This document shows, piece after piece, positions 1 through 26,879 of a DNA stretch of 64,000 nucleotides. Source of the DNA: Priapulus caudatus (lineage: Eukaryota); assembly GCF_000485595.1 (NCBI RefSeq), contig NW_014577070.1:434432-498431 (forward strand), read 5' to 3'. The notes under the pieces are model-generated. The model had not been told where the DNA came from, did no database searches, and saw nothing but the letters and a program-made list of their open reading frames with translations. The stretch's first letter is position 1. Every line of letters begins with the position of its first letter. A program made the position numbers and the translations under genes.

Positions 1-250
1 GGGCGGGGACGGTGAAGGCACCGGGCGTGGTGAGGGCGCCGGGTGGGGATGGTGAGGGTGCCGGGTGTGGTCAGGGCACCCGGCGGGGACGGTGAAGGCA
101 CCGGGCGGGGACGGTGAAGGCACCGGGCGTGGTGAGGGCGCCGGGTGGGGATGGTGAGGGTGCCGGGTGTGGTCAGGGCACCCGGCGGGGACGGTGAAGG
201 CACCGGGCGGGGACGGTGAAGGCACCGGGCGTGGTGAGGGTGCCGGCAGC
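1..250. repeat. GC-rich ~20-bp minisatellite (GGGCGGGGACGGTGAAGGCACC-like)
   Basis: Directly visible tandem units; same family as 10300-11520. Confidence 0.9.
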
Positions 251-730
251 ATGTGTGTGTGTGGACAGTGAGGGCGCCTCACAGAGTGAAAAAGTCAAAG
301 GAGTGAACATGTCTATACCTTGATATGTTAATAATCAATATAAACATGATCAGGATGTCTTACCAATTCATATCAATCGAGGTGCAGAGAGAGGCAGAGA
401 GAATGGGGGTAAAGAGGGTAAGTGGGGAGGAGAGGAGAGAGAGTGACTGCCAACAGCAATGTAAAGGTGGTGACAGGGGTCGGTCATGAATTGATTCTAT
501 TTAGTACATGCACCACACAGTGGTATTTCAAGGTTGTCATGAAGGTTTCACCCATGATGTAATCATGGGGTGTCACAGCGCCGGACGAGTAATCGAATCG
601 CGTGGAGACTGCTGCTCCGATGCTGCTACTGCTGCTGGACACGATTCGCTCCAAATCTCTAGTAGATCGATAAATCTATAAAATCTCTAGGTGATTGATT
701 GATGTTTGGCGTCGTCTATTCTGTTCACAG

Positions 731-868
731 GAGATTTCTTCTTTGGTGATGGAGAGGACGACCAGATGGGTTATGACTACGAGACCACGTCACTGACTGA
801 TCTTGATAAGCATGGACAGGACTGGGATCTACCAAATGAGGCCTTCCAGCCTAGGCATGAAATAAATG
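731..868 (+). CDS. WDR24: Clean, displaced copy of an internal WDR24 exon (GDFFFGDGEDD..DWDLPNEAFQPRHEIN) lying upstream of the WDR24 start codon
   Basis: cag|GA acceptor at 730/731 and G|gtgag donor at 868/869. LPNEAFQPRHEI resembles human WDR24 LPQEAFPLRHEI. Its phase-1 end joins correctly to exon 11572 (D-RTGPP). An indel-laden copy lies at 6252-6402. Confidence 0.8.
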
Positions 869-1388
869 GTGAGCTAGAACAACAAGGTATATTATCTAAT
901 CTAAAGCTAAAAAAAATCTAGAATATGTCAATTATTGTCATGTCATCTTACATGTGCATAATGTTGGATGGGTAGTACTATGATCTGTGAAACTCTAAAC
1001 CGATACATTTTCCCCTCTCCCTCCCCTTCTCCCTCTCCCTCACTCTCACTGCCCACTTTTCTTGTCTTTACCTCTTTCTGTCTGTCTCTCTCATTGTCCG
1101 TGTTCCTCGATCTCTCTTTCTCTCTATAACCTAAATGACATTAAACCACAAACTAATATATGGGAACACTCCTAATGGAGTATCACCCGGTAGTGGTGTG
1201 GAAAATTCCATTTTATCTTCATTAATGGTGGTGGGTGGTCCTTAGAAAGTGTATGATCGTGACACTGCTGACGATATTATATTGTTAACGGCCTGAATGT
1301 AGACTTTACAATTTGCTGATTTACACAACAATTATTCCTTATTTCTTTTCAGGGTTTTTAAAGTCGTCTGGTGACAACATCATCTATC

Positions 1389-15204
<13,816 letters not shown>

Positions 15205-17446
15205 AGAAGAAACCAGTTCTGCAGGCACGTATGAACAGTTCCTAGCTAACAAGGACCTATGTTTACTCCCTAATGATGGTGCTATGTATACAATGGGGAA
15301 AGTGACCTTGATCCGTATTTTGGTTGGAATAACTCTGCTTGTTACTGCTATGCGTTCATCGCGGCTTCATGCAAACTACGTTTTATACGTTACTTTCAGG
15401 CGAATACTCACATAGTTTTGACAATCTTAGTTTGATATCTGGCACGGCAACGATTAACTATAGTAGCTATATGATGCTGGTATGAGATGTATGTGAGAAA
15501 TGTGAATCAATATTTTTTTTACATGGGTGTAGCCATATAGATCAGTATTGGAAAATTTATTGATCAAGTAAGCACACATGTCCAAAGTAGTAGAGCAAAT
15601 AGATCTCATGCTAATAATTGAATTTGCAAGTGTATAATGTATGACACGTGGCAGAGATGTTGTGATGACATACAGCATTGTAAATGCATTTATAACAATC
15701 AGAAAGGAAGCTAAGATTTCAAATGTATGAATTTGCTTTTTTGGTATTAGAGATATTAAAGAATGGGAGTTGGTAAAATTTTGTACGATAAAAATATCAT
15801 AATAGTGGGCACTGTGTGGAAATCCAGACATGTCTAAGTGTATATTCCCAACCTTTTGTTTGTTTTAGTGCCCAGTTTTATTTATAAGAAATTATGATAT
15901 AAATTATAAATACTGGCGTTGAGGCGCATATTGGTGTCATGTAATTTTCATCCAACTTGATCATGTTATGCATTGGTCACACATACCTCTATTTACATAC
16001 ACTATGTAATTGTTGTGATTCATAATGTAGATATGTACAGTCATATTTGTTTTGTAAATACATTCTGCAACGTCACGTACCGTCAATTACGTGAAGATCC
16101 GTGCTGCGTAAATGCCGTTGTGTGTGTGATGTGCAAACGATTCACACGTCTGTCTATTTTAATAAACTGGTGGTTTCACGACTATATGATACCTGAATGC
16201 TCAATATTCGTGCACGTAATTATTTTCTTAATACGACAAGTAATTGCTTTGGCGCAAAGTAAGATGGGCGTTATTGCATGCCGCCAAGACATATAGCATT
16301 CCAGCGCAAAAACGTAGCCCTGCTTCAGGCTTCCACCTGTAGCCATATGCAGCCAAAATATGACAGATAAAAACAGCGGCTTAAAAGCTTCTTAAACGCT
16401 GTTTAATTGGCTGTAGGCAATCAATAAGCCGCTGTTTGAAGCGCTGCGTAGCATGTGGTCTCGTAACGTCTAAGTGTCCCCTGGCAAAATTAGTATATAT
16501 AGGTTCTCACGATTACCATATGTGTTCTTTCACATTCAAATCGAGTCGTGAACCATCCCTGGAGACTCAATCAGAAACCTATACCTAAGATAGTTGCCGG
16601 TAAAATAGTTGCAGGATGTTTATCGTAGACGCTGTCGAAAGTAAGAGACACATGCTGTGAGTTGGGGCTTGGTGGTGCCTATCCATAGAAGACAGGAGCT
16701 AATGTGGTAGGTCACTTTCACGGAGCCTCCTCTGGGTGCAACACAGCCTTGTTATCCGTCCTGGCCGATCAATATACCTGAAGCAACACCCAACCACGCT
16801 GACCGTGAGCAAGGAAGGACCAGAAGCCTGTCTGTAAGAACTTTCTAATTTCGGCGTGTGCGTTTAAGAGCAGAATGCACGTTAACTTGATGATGTAGAA
16901 AATTGCAATTTGAGCTAATCTAGTTTTCTAACACGTTAATCAGATCAATGAAAAATATTTTCATGCATGTTTGTGCGAGGAGTGTTAATTGCCTATAATA
17001 ATTGTGATTACTTGCGTTAATTACGTGACTATAGTGAGAAGGTCTGAGTGCCAAGTTATTTCATTATCATGTTGTTCCGTGTGGTAATTGAAGTTTAGCT
17101 AGTTATGGAGAACCAAAGGAATTCTTATCTTGGTGATCTAATATTTGTCTAAAACTTCATTCTCAGATCCAAGTCTGGTTTGTATAAATTACACCTTTTA
17201 AACGAAACGCAAAGTTATGCCTGTTTATACCCGGAACAGACGTGCATGCTTACCATGCACAAAGGTAAAAAGTTTTGTTTGTCTGATAATTGTATGAATT
17301 TATCTCTGAATGCCGACTTTGTAGATTACTACGTGCACTCCAACTATTGCAGCCTTCTCTATCTGCCCTGCTGCATCTATAGTCGGGTGTGACTTGAGAA
17401 CTACGTGTACCATGAACTTCAACACTGCAAGATCGAGAAACACATA

Positions 17447-17721
17447 GGTTGCTAGCAACGCTGAGAGGTTCTATGTCCCCCAGGGTACTGCCGGAACGTA
17501 CCCTGGGTACGGTCCGGTATACCGGAACGTACCCTGGTACTATCTAATATGCCGGACCGTATCTCGCCGCCTACTTCACTAACGAGTCTAGGGAGTCGCC
17601 TACGCCTACTGAGTACTCCCTAACCCTAACCCTAATCCTAACCCTAACTCTTTCCCCCCCGTACTCAGGGTACGTTCCGGCAGTACCCTGGGGGACATAG
17701 ACCCTATGAGCGCTAGCAACC
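17447..17721. mobile_element. ~275-bp MITE with ~60-bp TIRs enclosing (CCCTAA)n telomere-like repeats
   Basis: CTATGTCCCCCAGGGTACTGCCGGAACGTACCCTG is inverted at 17667-17700; outer GGTTGCTAGC / GCTAGCAACC; CCCTAACCCTAACCCTAATCCTAACCCTAAC at ~17617-17648. Confidence 0.8.
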
Positions 17722-18681
17722 GACTGCCCTGCTGAAATTTTTTTCAATATATATATACACATTATAGCGTGGTGCCAGACGTTGCCCGGGAAAATTGTGT
17801 AAACAAAATGAAGTCATAGGATGAGTTACGCTGAGTTAATATTTATCATTTTCCTGACAACTGGTGCTATTTACCATGCGTGCCTTTATCTACATTTGTG
17901 GTGTGGAACTTGTGAGACATGTAGCCGGTTGCATAGATATTATCTTCCCTCCGGAAATTTTATTTGTTTAGTCACGTAAATGTTTAGTTTATGGGGACGG
18001 GTATATAAGAGTGCACTGTTCTACCGCAATAAATGCAGTCATCTGGCAGTGTTGTCGTGGCTGTGTGCTCCTACTCGAATATTCATCGTTGGGAGTGACT
18101 TGCACGTACTGCATTCGTGCTCAGTAAGTTGCTAGCTGACTTCAGACACAGTCTCTATATATGTTAGCCTCATCGCTGCTCTTCTTTTATTTGCAGGTTT
18201 GTGAACAGCACGTGTGGAGTCACGCTCAAGCCCACTATGTAATCATGCACACGCTTTTACGTGTTAATTGTGCACCCATCCGTTCTTGTTGAGTTGTGTC
18301 AAATCTACTGCTTATCTAGTAGTAAGATCTGCCATAGTTAGTACAAAAGGCAAGTTCAGAGGTTTTCTTGAAAAAGTATTAAATATGTTACTGTGGCACA
18401 CCGTTTTAATGCACTGCCTGAACAAAATAACGCATAAAGCTAACGTAATGTGGGGTAATAACGCAATGTTATTTAGTGCAGCTCGATTCTTTCTACACTA
18501 AATGTGCTCTTTTTCTCTGCGTACAGTGTTAGCAGAATTTTTGCATCTACTGGTGCAAGAATCAAAAAGAAGATGATGATAATGATATCGACTAGGATAA
18601 CAAAGAAATAATTTTATTATTACAGTGAGGACCCACACCGCTGGAATTTCAACTAACACCAAAGCCTGAACTTTAGTGAAG

Positions 18682-21600
18682 ATGAGTTCCCCACCAGCCA
18701 CGACAGCTAATGTTTCGAGGCCTGACTTAGCAGACACCGGTGAGCGTGTCGCCGTCACTACCCCACTGCCTACAGATGGCGCCACAACTGAAGGTGTGGG
18801 CGAGACGCGTGAGGCGGCAGCAGAGGGAGCCGCGAGCGACAACGCGAATCGTCCGGCGGGCGGAGTCGTCGCCGCGGCGACGGATGACGAGGATGCGGAC
18901 AAGCCGCAGATGAAGCCACTGAAGACGTGGGAGGAGGTGCTCGCGTGGGAGGCTGGCAAGGACGACTTCAACGTGGCGACGGTGGAGCTGGCAGAGAGCG
19001 TCGAGCGTCCGGCCGACCTTCCGCTGACCTTTGTATGTCACGACATGGCAGGTTCGTGTCACCGCGCGTTCTGTCTGGTAAAGGCAATTGATCGATTGTC
19101 TGAGCGGAGTGATTGACAGGTAGCGGGAGCCGACGGCGTTGCAACGGAGGCGTGCTTTGTAACGAGTCGCCAATTTTTTGCATGCACACGTGAAAAACGT
19201 AACTGTTGTCGTTTCACTGACCAAGCAGGAATATCCAAAGGGGACATGTATGGTTATGCTGAAATAGATTGGTGAAGTTTTCAGCTGGAGGAGTAATACA
19301 TTATTGATACACTGGTTAACTTTTTAATTTTGTCGCTGTCCAACATTTATTTTAAAAAAGCCATCCTAATTTTAATCTGTTTACATTGTTGTTTTGTAAT
19401 GCACTTTGATTCATTAATACACAGTACGGTCATCTCTCACCAGCCGGAGTGTATACACAGAAATTATAGTGCAAACTAGATTAACCAACCACAGCACCTA
19501 ATTTCGAGTATCAGTGGTTTGTCGGGGCAAAATTATACAAAAATATTCAATGCCACTGTCGTGTCTTTCTCTCCTGTTTTAATTTTTAGCTCAGCTTGTA
19601 GAATCGCATGATCGTCCGTCCGTGCGTGCGTGCCGTCCGTCCGATCTCCGTCTGTAACAGTTGGGCACAAATCTTACACGCTTCGACGTCGGTCCACGAT
19701 ACTTATCGGGACGTGGGGGGTAATCCGAAAACGGTTGGGATGTCGAAGCTGGGGGTGTCAAAGGTCAAAGGTCAAGAGGTGTAAAAAGAAGGGGGAACAT
19801 TCCCTCCTTAACTTAAGGATTAGGGAGGAAATGCAGAATTGCGGCACAAATCTAAAACGGCTCGATCTAGGCTCGTGATAGTCGGTGTACAGCTGCATCA
19901 TGGTAGAAAAGCCTACATGTGCCGAAAGGGACGGTCACAGGTCAAAGGTCAATGGCACGGCAGATTTAGACATTTTCTGAGGACATGGTCTGACGCGAGC
20001 GATTGGAAAACTTTTTGTTTCAGCGGCTGACCTAGCAATTTTTTGGCTTTTATTGAAAGGACATGAAATGTACTTTCTGCTGACATGCGAACGCGTACTA
20101 CAGTGTCGGATAACCTTTTGACCCTCAAGAGCGGGTTTAAACATGGATTTGTTTACTGTTACTGTTTAGAAAGAATTGACTGCCGGTTGCTAGTAGAATC
20201 TATTACATCCTGGATGTATGAGGCTACAATGTCACAGTGAAATTTTCAAAAGCTAAATTTGGTTGAGAAGGAAGTTTATGCTCCTTAAATCGTATAATTT
20301 CTATGGCCCATTCTGTTACTGTCAGTGTAGTTAACATGTAACGTATGCCACTGCCAGTGGCCCTGCCAGTGCAATGTGCTGGGTGGTACTGTGTTAAGTT
20401 TTTTGCCTGACGTTAATTAGTTTACAGGGTGGACAGCTCTCTATTTTTAGCTGTAGGCTTGCGTTAGGTAATGATGAGTGCTTACGCCTACTTTTGTGTC
20501 TTGCCACATAGTTGTTTGCTACTACGTACGATGGCGCTTCCATTTTAATCTGAAGGACACTTAAACTTACGCTGCCATCTCGTGGCCAACTTGTCCATAA
20601 CGATGCCCAACACATTCCTGGTGAGAAAGTTTCCCTCGCATACATCTGGCCTGTTCACGGTCGGCTGTATGTGAACAATTTGCGGACTAACAGGGTTTAC
20701 TAGAATCCCACCACTCCACCACAGAGTCACCGCAGTAGACGTTAGATGAGCGCTGTCGCTCCGCGGCACTTGTTTAATTTCAAGGATAGCTCGCCAATAC
20801 CGTAACCAACGCGATTACCAGCAAGACCTGTGATATATATATTTTTTAATATTAAAAGAAATACTATTTCGAAATTCAATGATGCATAATCCTTGTGGTT
20901 GGCGAAGAAACGACACCTTAGTAACTTACTTCTTATACTTTTTCCAATTGGTGGATTTCACGCATGTTTCAGGTGGGTATCTTGACGACCGTTTTCCCCA
21001 GGGTAGCGACTCTGCTATGGCATATCGTCACTGGCACTGGGATTTTGTGGACATATTCAACTATTTCAGCCACAACTTCGTAACAATCCCTCCTTCCAGT
21101 TGGACAAATGTGGCTCATGCGGCTGGAACTCTGTGCTTGGGAACGGTAAGGCACATGCAGAGCAAACTCTGATAGTTTACCAGTGCTTAAATGCTGCACG
21201 ATGCACTACATCTGTCACTAAGTCTTACTCGTTTTAAACGTGGTGCATTTACATATTAGCTGTTGTTTTTCAAACTACCAGACAGTATGCAATGAACTAA
21301 TTGTAACGTTTAACGACATATGGTTTACGACATTGTTACGTCATACGGTTGTCGACATTAAACGAGGCTTTACGACTACACGCTTGTCTACAGAGTACAT
21401 TACACTAATCTCCTGCTACACTCTGTGGAAACCGTGGAAACATCTTCAAATGCCGTGCCGATTACACCACTTGCAGTGTTTAATAATTTCACCAAAAGTG
21501 GATTATGATGTTGTACAATAATGTCTTACTATCTCACTCTTGATTTATTTAAAATCAAATTCATTTTAAGCTGCTGTTTTAATTGATTTTATAAATATTG

Positions 21601-24600
21601 TTAAGCCACTGCCAAAAATCTTGAGTCGCATAGTATAATCTCTGTTCAACCGCTAGAGGGCGCTTTATGCCACGACATGGTACTGCTCGATTAATGCTAC
21701 CACGAAATATTTAGGAATTTAAATAATACCTATGTGTGCAAAATTTCGCATTTCTACACAAGACTGTTCTGCACGATTCTCACGCTCGTCCACCTTACCG
21801 AATTTAATTTTCACGTCTTCCGCCACGTCTCAGATCATCACGGAGTGGGACGCGGGCGCGGAACTGTGCGCCAAGTTTCTCGCCGACTGGGAGACGTGCG
21901 AGAGGTTCGCTCGCACGCTCATCGACATCTGCCGCTACTACAGGTTCGACGGCTACCTTGTCAACATCGAGAACCCGATCGTGCCGGGAGAGCAGCTCGT
22001 CAACCTCATCTACTTTGTATCACACCTGACGCGGGAGATGCGCGCCGCGCTGCCGCACGCGCGGGTTGTCTGGTACGACAGCGTGACGGTCACCGGTGAG
22101 CTGGCCTGGCAGAACGAGCTCAACGACGACAACAAGGTAATGCTCGCTCGCTCTCGTCTTTTCGTCGGATTTTTTGGCGACGACGAGTGCGATTTTTAGC
22201 TCACCTTGACATCGTCAAGATGAGCTATTTCCATGGGGTGTCGTCCGTCGTACGTCCGTCCGTCTGTCCGTCAATATTTGGCTACGGTCAACGATAACTT
22301 GAGAACCGTTTGACCCACATGTTTCAAATTGCATACAATAGTTACTCCTATGGGAGAGATGTGAACGACCTATTTTGGAGCACGCCAGTTGACCTACTTT
22401 CGAGCCACGCCCACTTTTTGGCAAAAATGGAAATGGCCATAAGTCAGTTCAGGTTCAACAGATTTTGCTCATTTTTGGTATGTGAATGAATAAGGACTGG
22501 CCCCAAAACATATCACAGGGGTTTTGATATTTTTTTTAAATTATGCAAATTAGGTAGATTTTGGCAGTTTGACTATGCATTTCAGTGTCTGCCTATGGTC
22601 AATGATAACTCAAGAACAGTTTGACCCACATGTTTCAAATTGCATATAGTTTTTACTCCTATGGGAGAGATTTGAAGGTCCTATTTTGGAGCACGCAAGT
22701 CGACCTACTTTCGAGCCACGCCCACCTTTTGGCAAAAATGGAAATGGCCATAAGTCAGTTCAGGTTCAACGGATTTTGCTCACTTTTGGTATGTGAATGA
22801 ATAAGGACTGGTCCCAAAACATATCACAAGTGTTTTGATATTTTTTTTAAATTATGCAAATTAGGTCGATTTTAGCAATTTCATTATACATTTCAGTGTC
22901 TGCTTACGGTCAACGATAACTCAAGAACCGTTTGACCCACATGTTTCAAATTGCATAGTTGTTACTCCTATGGGAGAGATTTGAACGTCCTATTTTGGAG
23001 CACGCCAGTCGACCTACTTTCAAGCCACGCCCACTTTTTGGCAAAAATGAAAATGGCCATCTAGATTCATTCGATTTTGTTACATTTACCTACTTACCTA
23101 CCTACCTATAATCATACCTACGTGTAATATTGTGTTTTAGATTCTTCGTTATAGTAATTTGACTGGAATATTTTATTGCTTTTATTTGCGTGATAATCGA
23201 AAACCAAAATGGCGATCATTTAGGCGTAGCGCCATCTCTCGCCCAGAACATTTATTTTCGCATCAAAACTAACCCTGAAACAAAACAGTGAAATTTCTAT
23301 TAGTATAAAACAGGGAATAAGGACATTTGATCACATTTTGGTCTGTCATAAATGAAACACTTACCAAATTTTAAATATCATCTCCCTCTTCTATCACACC
23401 CAAGGTGAGCTATAGTGTCATTGACACTTTCATTCATTTCACAATGGTCTTGTTTGTACGAATAACTCGTTACTCGTTGGCAACAGTTTGGACACGACTG
23501 GTCTAGGTGTCTGTGTAATGCTAAGGTATACAACAACAACACAACTACAAACAAAAACGTATTTTTCTGCCTCGGCATGCAAACAAACGTATTTTTATGC
23601 CTCGTCGTACAAACAAACACATTTTTATGCTTCGGCGTGCAAGCAATCGTATTTTTACGCCTCGTCGTACTCGTAAACAAACGCGTTCCTTCCAAGGTGT
23701 TCTTCGACTCGAGCGACGGCATCTTCCTCAACTACGGCTGGACGAAGGAGACGCTCGCCAGCTCGGCTGCGGTCGCGGGCGCGGACGGCCGCCTGCAGGA
23801 CGTCTACGTCGGCATCGACGTGTTCGGCCGCGGCGTGTACGGCGGCGGAGGCTTCAACACGAGCCTCGCCCTCGAGGTGATCCGCGACGCGCGCCTCTCT
23901 GCCGCCATCTTTGCTCCCGGGTGGGTCTACCAGCGGCTCGACGCAGCGAAGTTCGTCGCGCACAACGACCTCTTCTGGTCGCTCGCGGCGCCGCACTGCC
24001 ACGCGCACGCCGTCCGCCGGCGCCTCCTGGCGACGTCGTTCTGCCAGGGGTTCGGGGAGCGCTTGTACGAGCGCGGCGCGGTGGCGAGCGACGCCGCATG
24101 GCACAACCTCGCGCGACAGCACGCGCAGCCGCCACACGAGACGCCCGCTGACGGTAGGCCGCACGCTGAGCTGTGCGCGCGCGATGCGTACAGCGGCGGC
24201 GCCTGCCTTCGCGTGTCTGGCTTCACCGCGCGCACGCACGTCGCCCAGGTGGCGCTGTTCCGCGACCTCGCGCTGCGCCCCGGCGCGCCAACGCTCGTCT
24301 CCTTCTCCCTGAAGCCCATCGCGATGGAGGGGCTTCACTTCTCGCTGCTCGTCCGCGCGGAGGCTGACGACGGCACCGTGCATCTCTACGCGTTCGAACG
24401 CCGCGCGAATGCCACCGCTAGAGGGCGCCCCGCTGCACGCACGGATGCCGCCGCCAGCGGCGACCTCTACAGGCGGTACTCGAGCGAGGACGCGTCGTCG
24501 GACACGGTCGCGGAGAACGGCTGGATCTCGCAGCTGCACACGGTCAACGAGGCGGTCGGCACGATCACACACGTCGACGCGATGGTGTGGAGCGACGACG

Positions 24601-24992
24601 ACGGCGGTGGCGGCGGGTCGGTTCCCTTCTCCTTCCTGCTCGGCGAGATCAAGATATGCGGCGCGGAGACGATCCGCAGGCCGCCGCCCGTCGGCGCGTA
24701 CTCCGTGTCCGACGTGGAGGTGCGGCCGGACGCGGAGGGCAAGACGGTGTCGGCCGTCGTCGGCTGGGAGTACAAAGCCGGAGCGGCGCATCACTTTGTC
24801 GTGCATCGTCGCGTCGCGAAAGGCGCCTCGTTCGTGTATCTGTGTCAGGTGAACGTGCCCATGTATAAGATCGTTCGCATGGCCGTTGCGGCGGACACGA
24901 GCGCGATCGAGATAGTTGCGCAGCCGGTGTCGGAGGCTGGCGTCACCCTACCGCTGGCTAAGTGCGAGTTTGTGACAATAGATTTGGTCTGA
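18682..24992 (+). CDS. ENGASE: Cytosolic endo-beta-N-acetylglucosaminidase (GH85), 4 coding exons
   Basis: Exons 18682-19051 (..PLTFVCHDMAG), 20973-21145 (GYLDDRF..DIFNYFSHNFVTIPP..WTNVAH..LGT), 21834-22136 (IITEW..FDGYLVNIEN..WYDSVTVTGELAWQNELN), 23697-24992 (DGIFLNYGW..VYVGIDVFGRG..SAAIFAPGWVY..TSFCQGFG). All GT-AG and phase-compatible; GH85 catalytic N-x-E motif present. Confidence 0.96.
19583..20045 (+). mobile_element. HINE-like (Helentron-associated) element, degenerate
   Basis: Starts TTTTTAGCTCAGCTTG like the element at 22193, followed by a (GTCC)/(GTGC) microsatellite and repeated AAGGTCAAAGGTCA motifs. 3' end uncertain. Confidence 0.5.
22193..23430 (+). mobile_element. Complete HINE-like (Helentron-associated) non-autonomous element with ~311-bp internal tandem repeats
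   Basis: 5' T-run plus subTIR AGCTCACCTTG in a hairpin, (GTCC)n, ~2.5 core repeats (starts 22282, 22593, 22904), 3' subTIR CAAGGTGAGCT, palindrome AGTGTCATTGACACT, then T-run. Confidence 0.8.
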
Positions 24993-26879
24993 GCAAGTAC
25001 TATATATGTAAGCTACGTATGTAGCGGCTAAATCAAAGTGCGCTGCACGTATGTGCCAAATATTGTTGCATATGTCGAGCTATTATGATCATTTATTTCA
25101 TCTATAATTAGCACTTCATGCAGCTGTAAAACGTTATCACAGTATTGATAGTCTTAGGTCATGCTTTTTCCACAGTAGTACTCCTTGACTTATATATTTG
25201 TATCACTGTTAGGTAGTTTGTAGGGATTATCGATTATGAATGCATATATGAACTTATAGCCATATAAATCAGGAGTGCATAACTCCTTGATATAACTACT
25301 CTGATTGATCCACCGCACACACAAACACTTAATTTATAACAACACTCCAATATGAAATAATACAACCAAAGAAAATATGTTGCACTACGTGGCAAGATGC
25401 TTGTAATTCTATTTCTTGCTTATAATAAGTTATATCTTATTATCTTATCATAATTGAGGTAATTGAGCTTGCTGTGCAATTATGCCAATTGTACGTATAT
25501 CTATGTATCTATCTATCTATATCGAAATATATATATATATATAGATGTATGTACATATATACCTATCGAGTATAAAATGTACGATTGAAATAAAAGGTAG
25601 TGACTTTTGCAACACAGCATTCGTTCTTCACTGGCATGGCTTGGCCATTAATGATTATGTGATTATTAGGAGGCGTGTAGAGGGGTTTACAGCTGCTATT
25701 AAGGTGCCTCAGAAGGGCACGGCACTTCTCTCTAGCATCATCTGTCATCGTTAGGAGAGCGATTGATTTGCGAAGCGATTCAGTGGGAATGTTGGATCTG
25801 CCTATTAATAATTTCTCGCTATAACCCAGATACACGGGGAAAAGTCGAGACCACGTTATTTATTAAACAGCGAACGAACATTGAAGGAGACGAAATAAAA
25901 CAGCAGCAATATGAAATAAGTGTCGGAAGCATAGAATAGAGCCAATGATTGACAACACGGTGAGCAGCAAATAGCAAAAAGAACTGATTGCCCGTTTGCT
26001 GTCCCATTCCTAGCATGTGGGTTATGCACAATTCCGTTATAGCAAACAAGAAAGCTGGACTGTAGCATATTTGAGAACAGTACAGACTCACGTTGTGCAA
26101 CGTAGTGACCTGCTATCGGCAGTGTGTTGGGAGCATGGATTTGGATCAATAATTTGGCCATTCCCATTCCAAACACAAGGGCTGCTTTCACAATAACGAA
26201 TGAATTTTAAAATGGGAAAAAATAATGAGACTTGCTAAACAATTACTCCCTTGAATTTGAAATGCCTGCATTATGTCCCTTTGAAGTGCCCAATCTATCT
26301 AAACAGATTTAATGCATGAGATTCAGAAAGTCACTGGCTGGAGATGTTATACTTTGTACTGTACGAGACTATATTATACTCTTATTGAAATGCAAAAACA
26401 AATGTTAGGGGGCTGAAACGATAATGATCTTTAATTGACCAGTCACGAGTGTTACATGTTTGAATGACATGAAATATGAAGTATCACAAAATCCTCAATG
26501 CTGACTCCAATACGCACTGAAATATCACAAAACCCATTATGAGAAAATCATGAAGCTGATCAAAGACGGATAACATATTTATTGCACAATAAAAAATTTC
26601 TAATTTTTTAAAGCACTGGTAAACTAGCTGTCAGGCAATATCTTCAATCAATCAACCTAGTTTTAGAATGATGAAGTGAAATGTTTTCTTAGAGTATTCT
26701 CAACCCTTAAACACAAAAGGACCTAGATATTGCTGTAAAACCCTTTGATGTGCTTCAATGCATTATTTGCATAAGGTAAGCAATCAGGGGGAGAATACTC
26801 AATTGGCTGTGCGGTGTATTACGCGATAATAATGATGTGACCTAATTCTAAGCCAACACTCAACCGTTGGGATCCACAG

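Noticed and set aside
23655..24806. 383-aa antisense ORF and alternative-frame ORFs over ENGase
   Set aside because: Shadow ORFs caused by high GC3 of the real exon.
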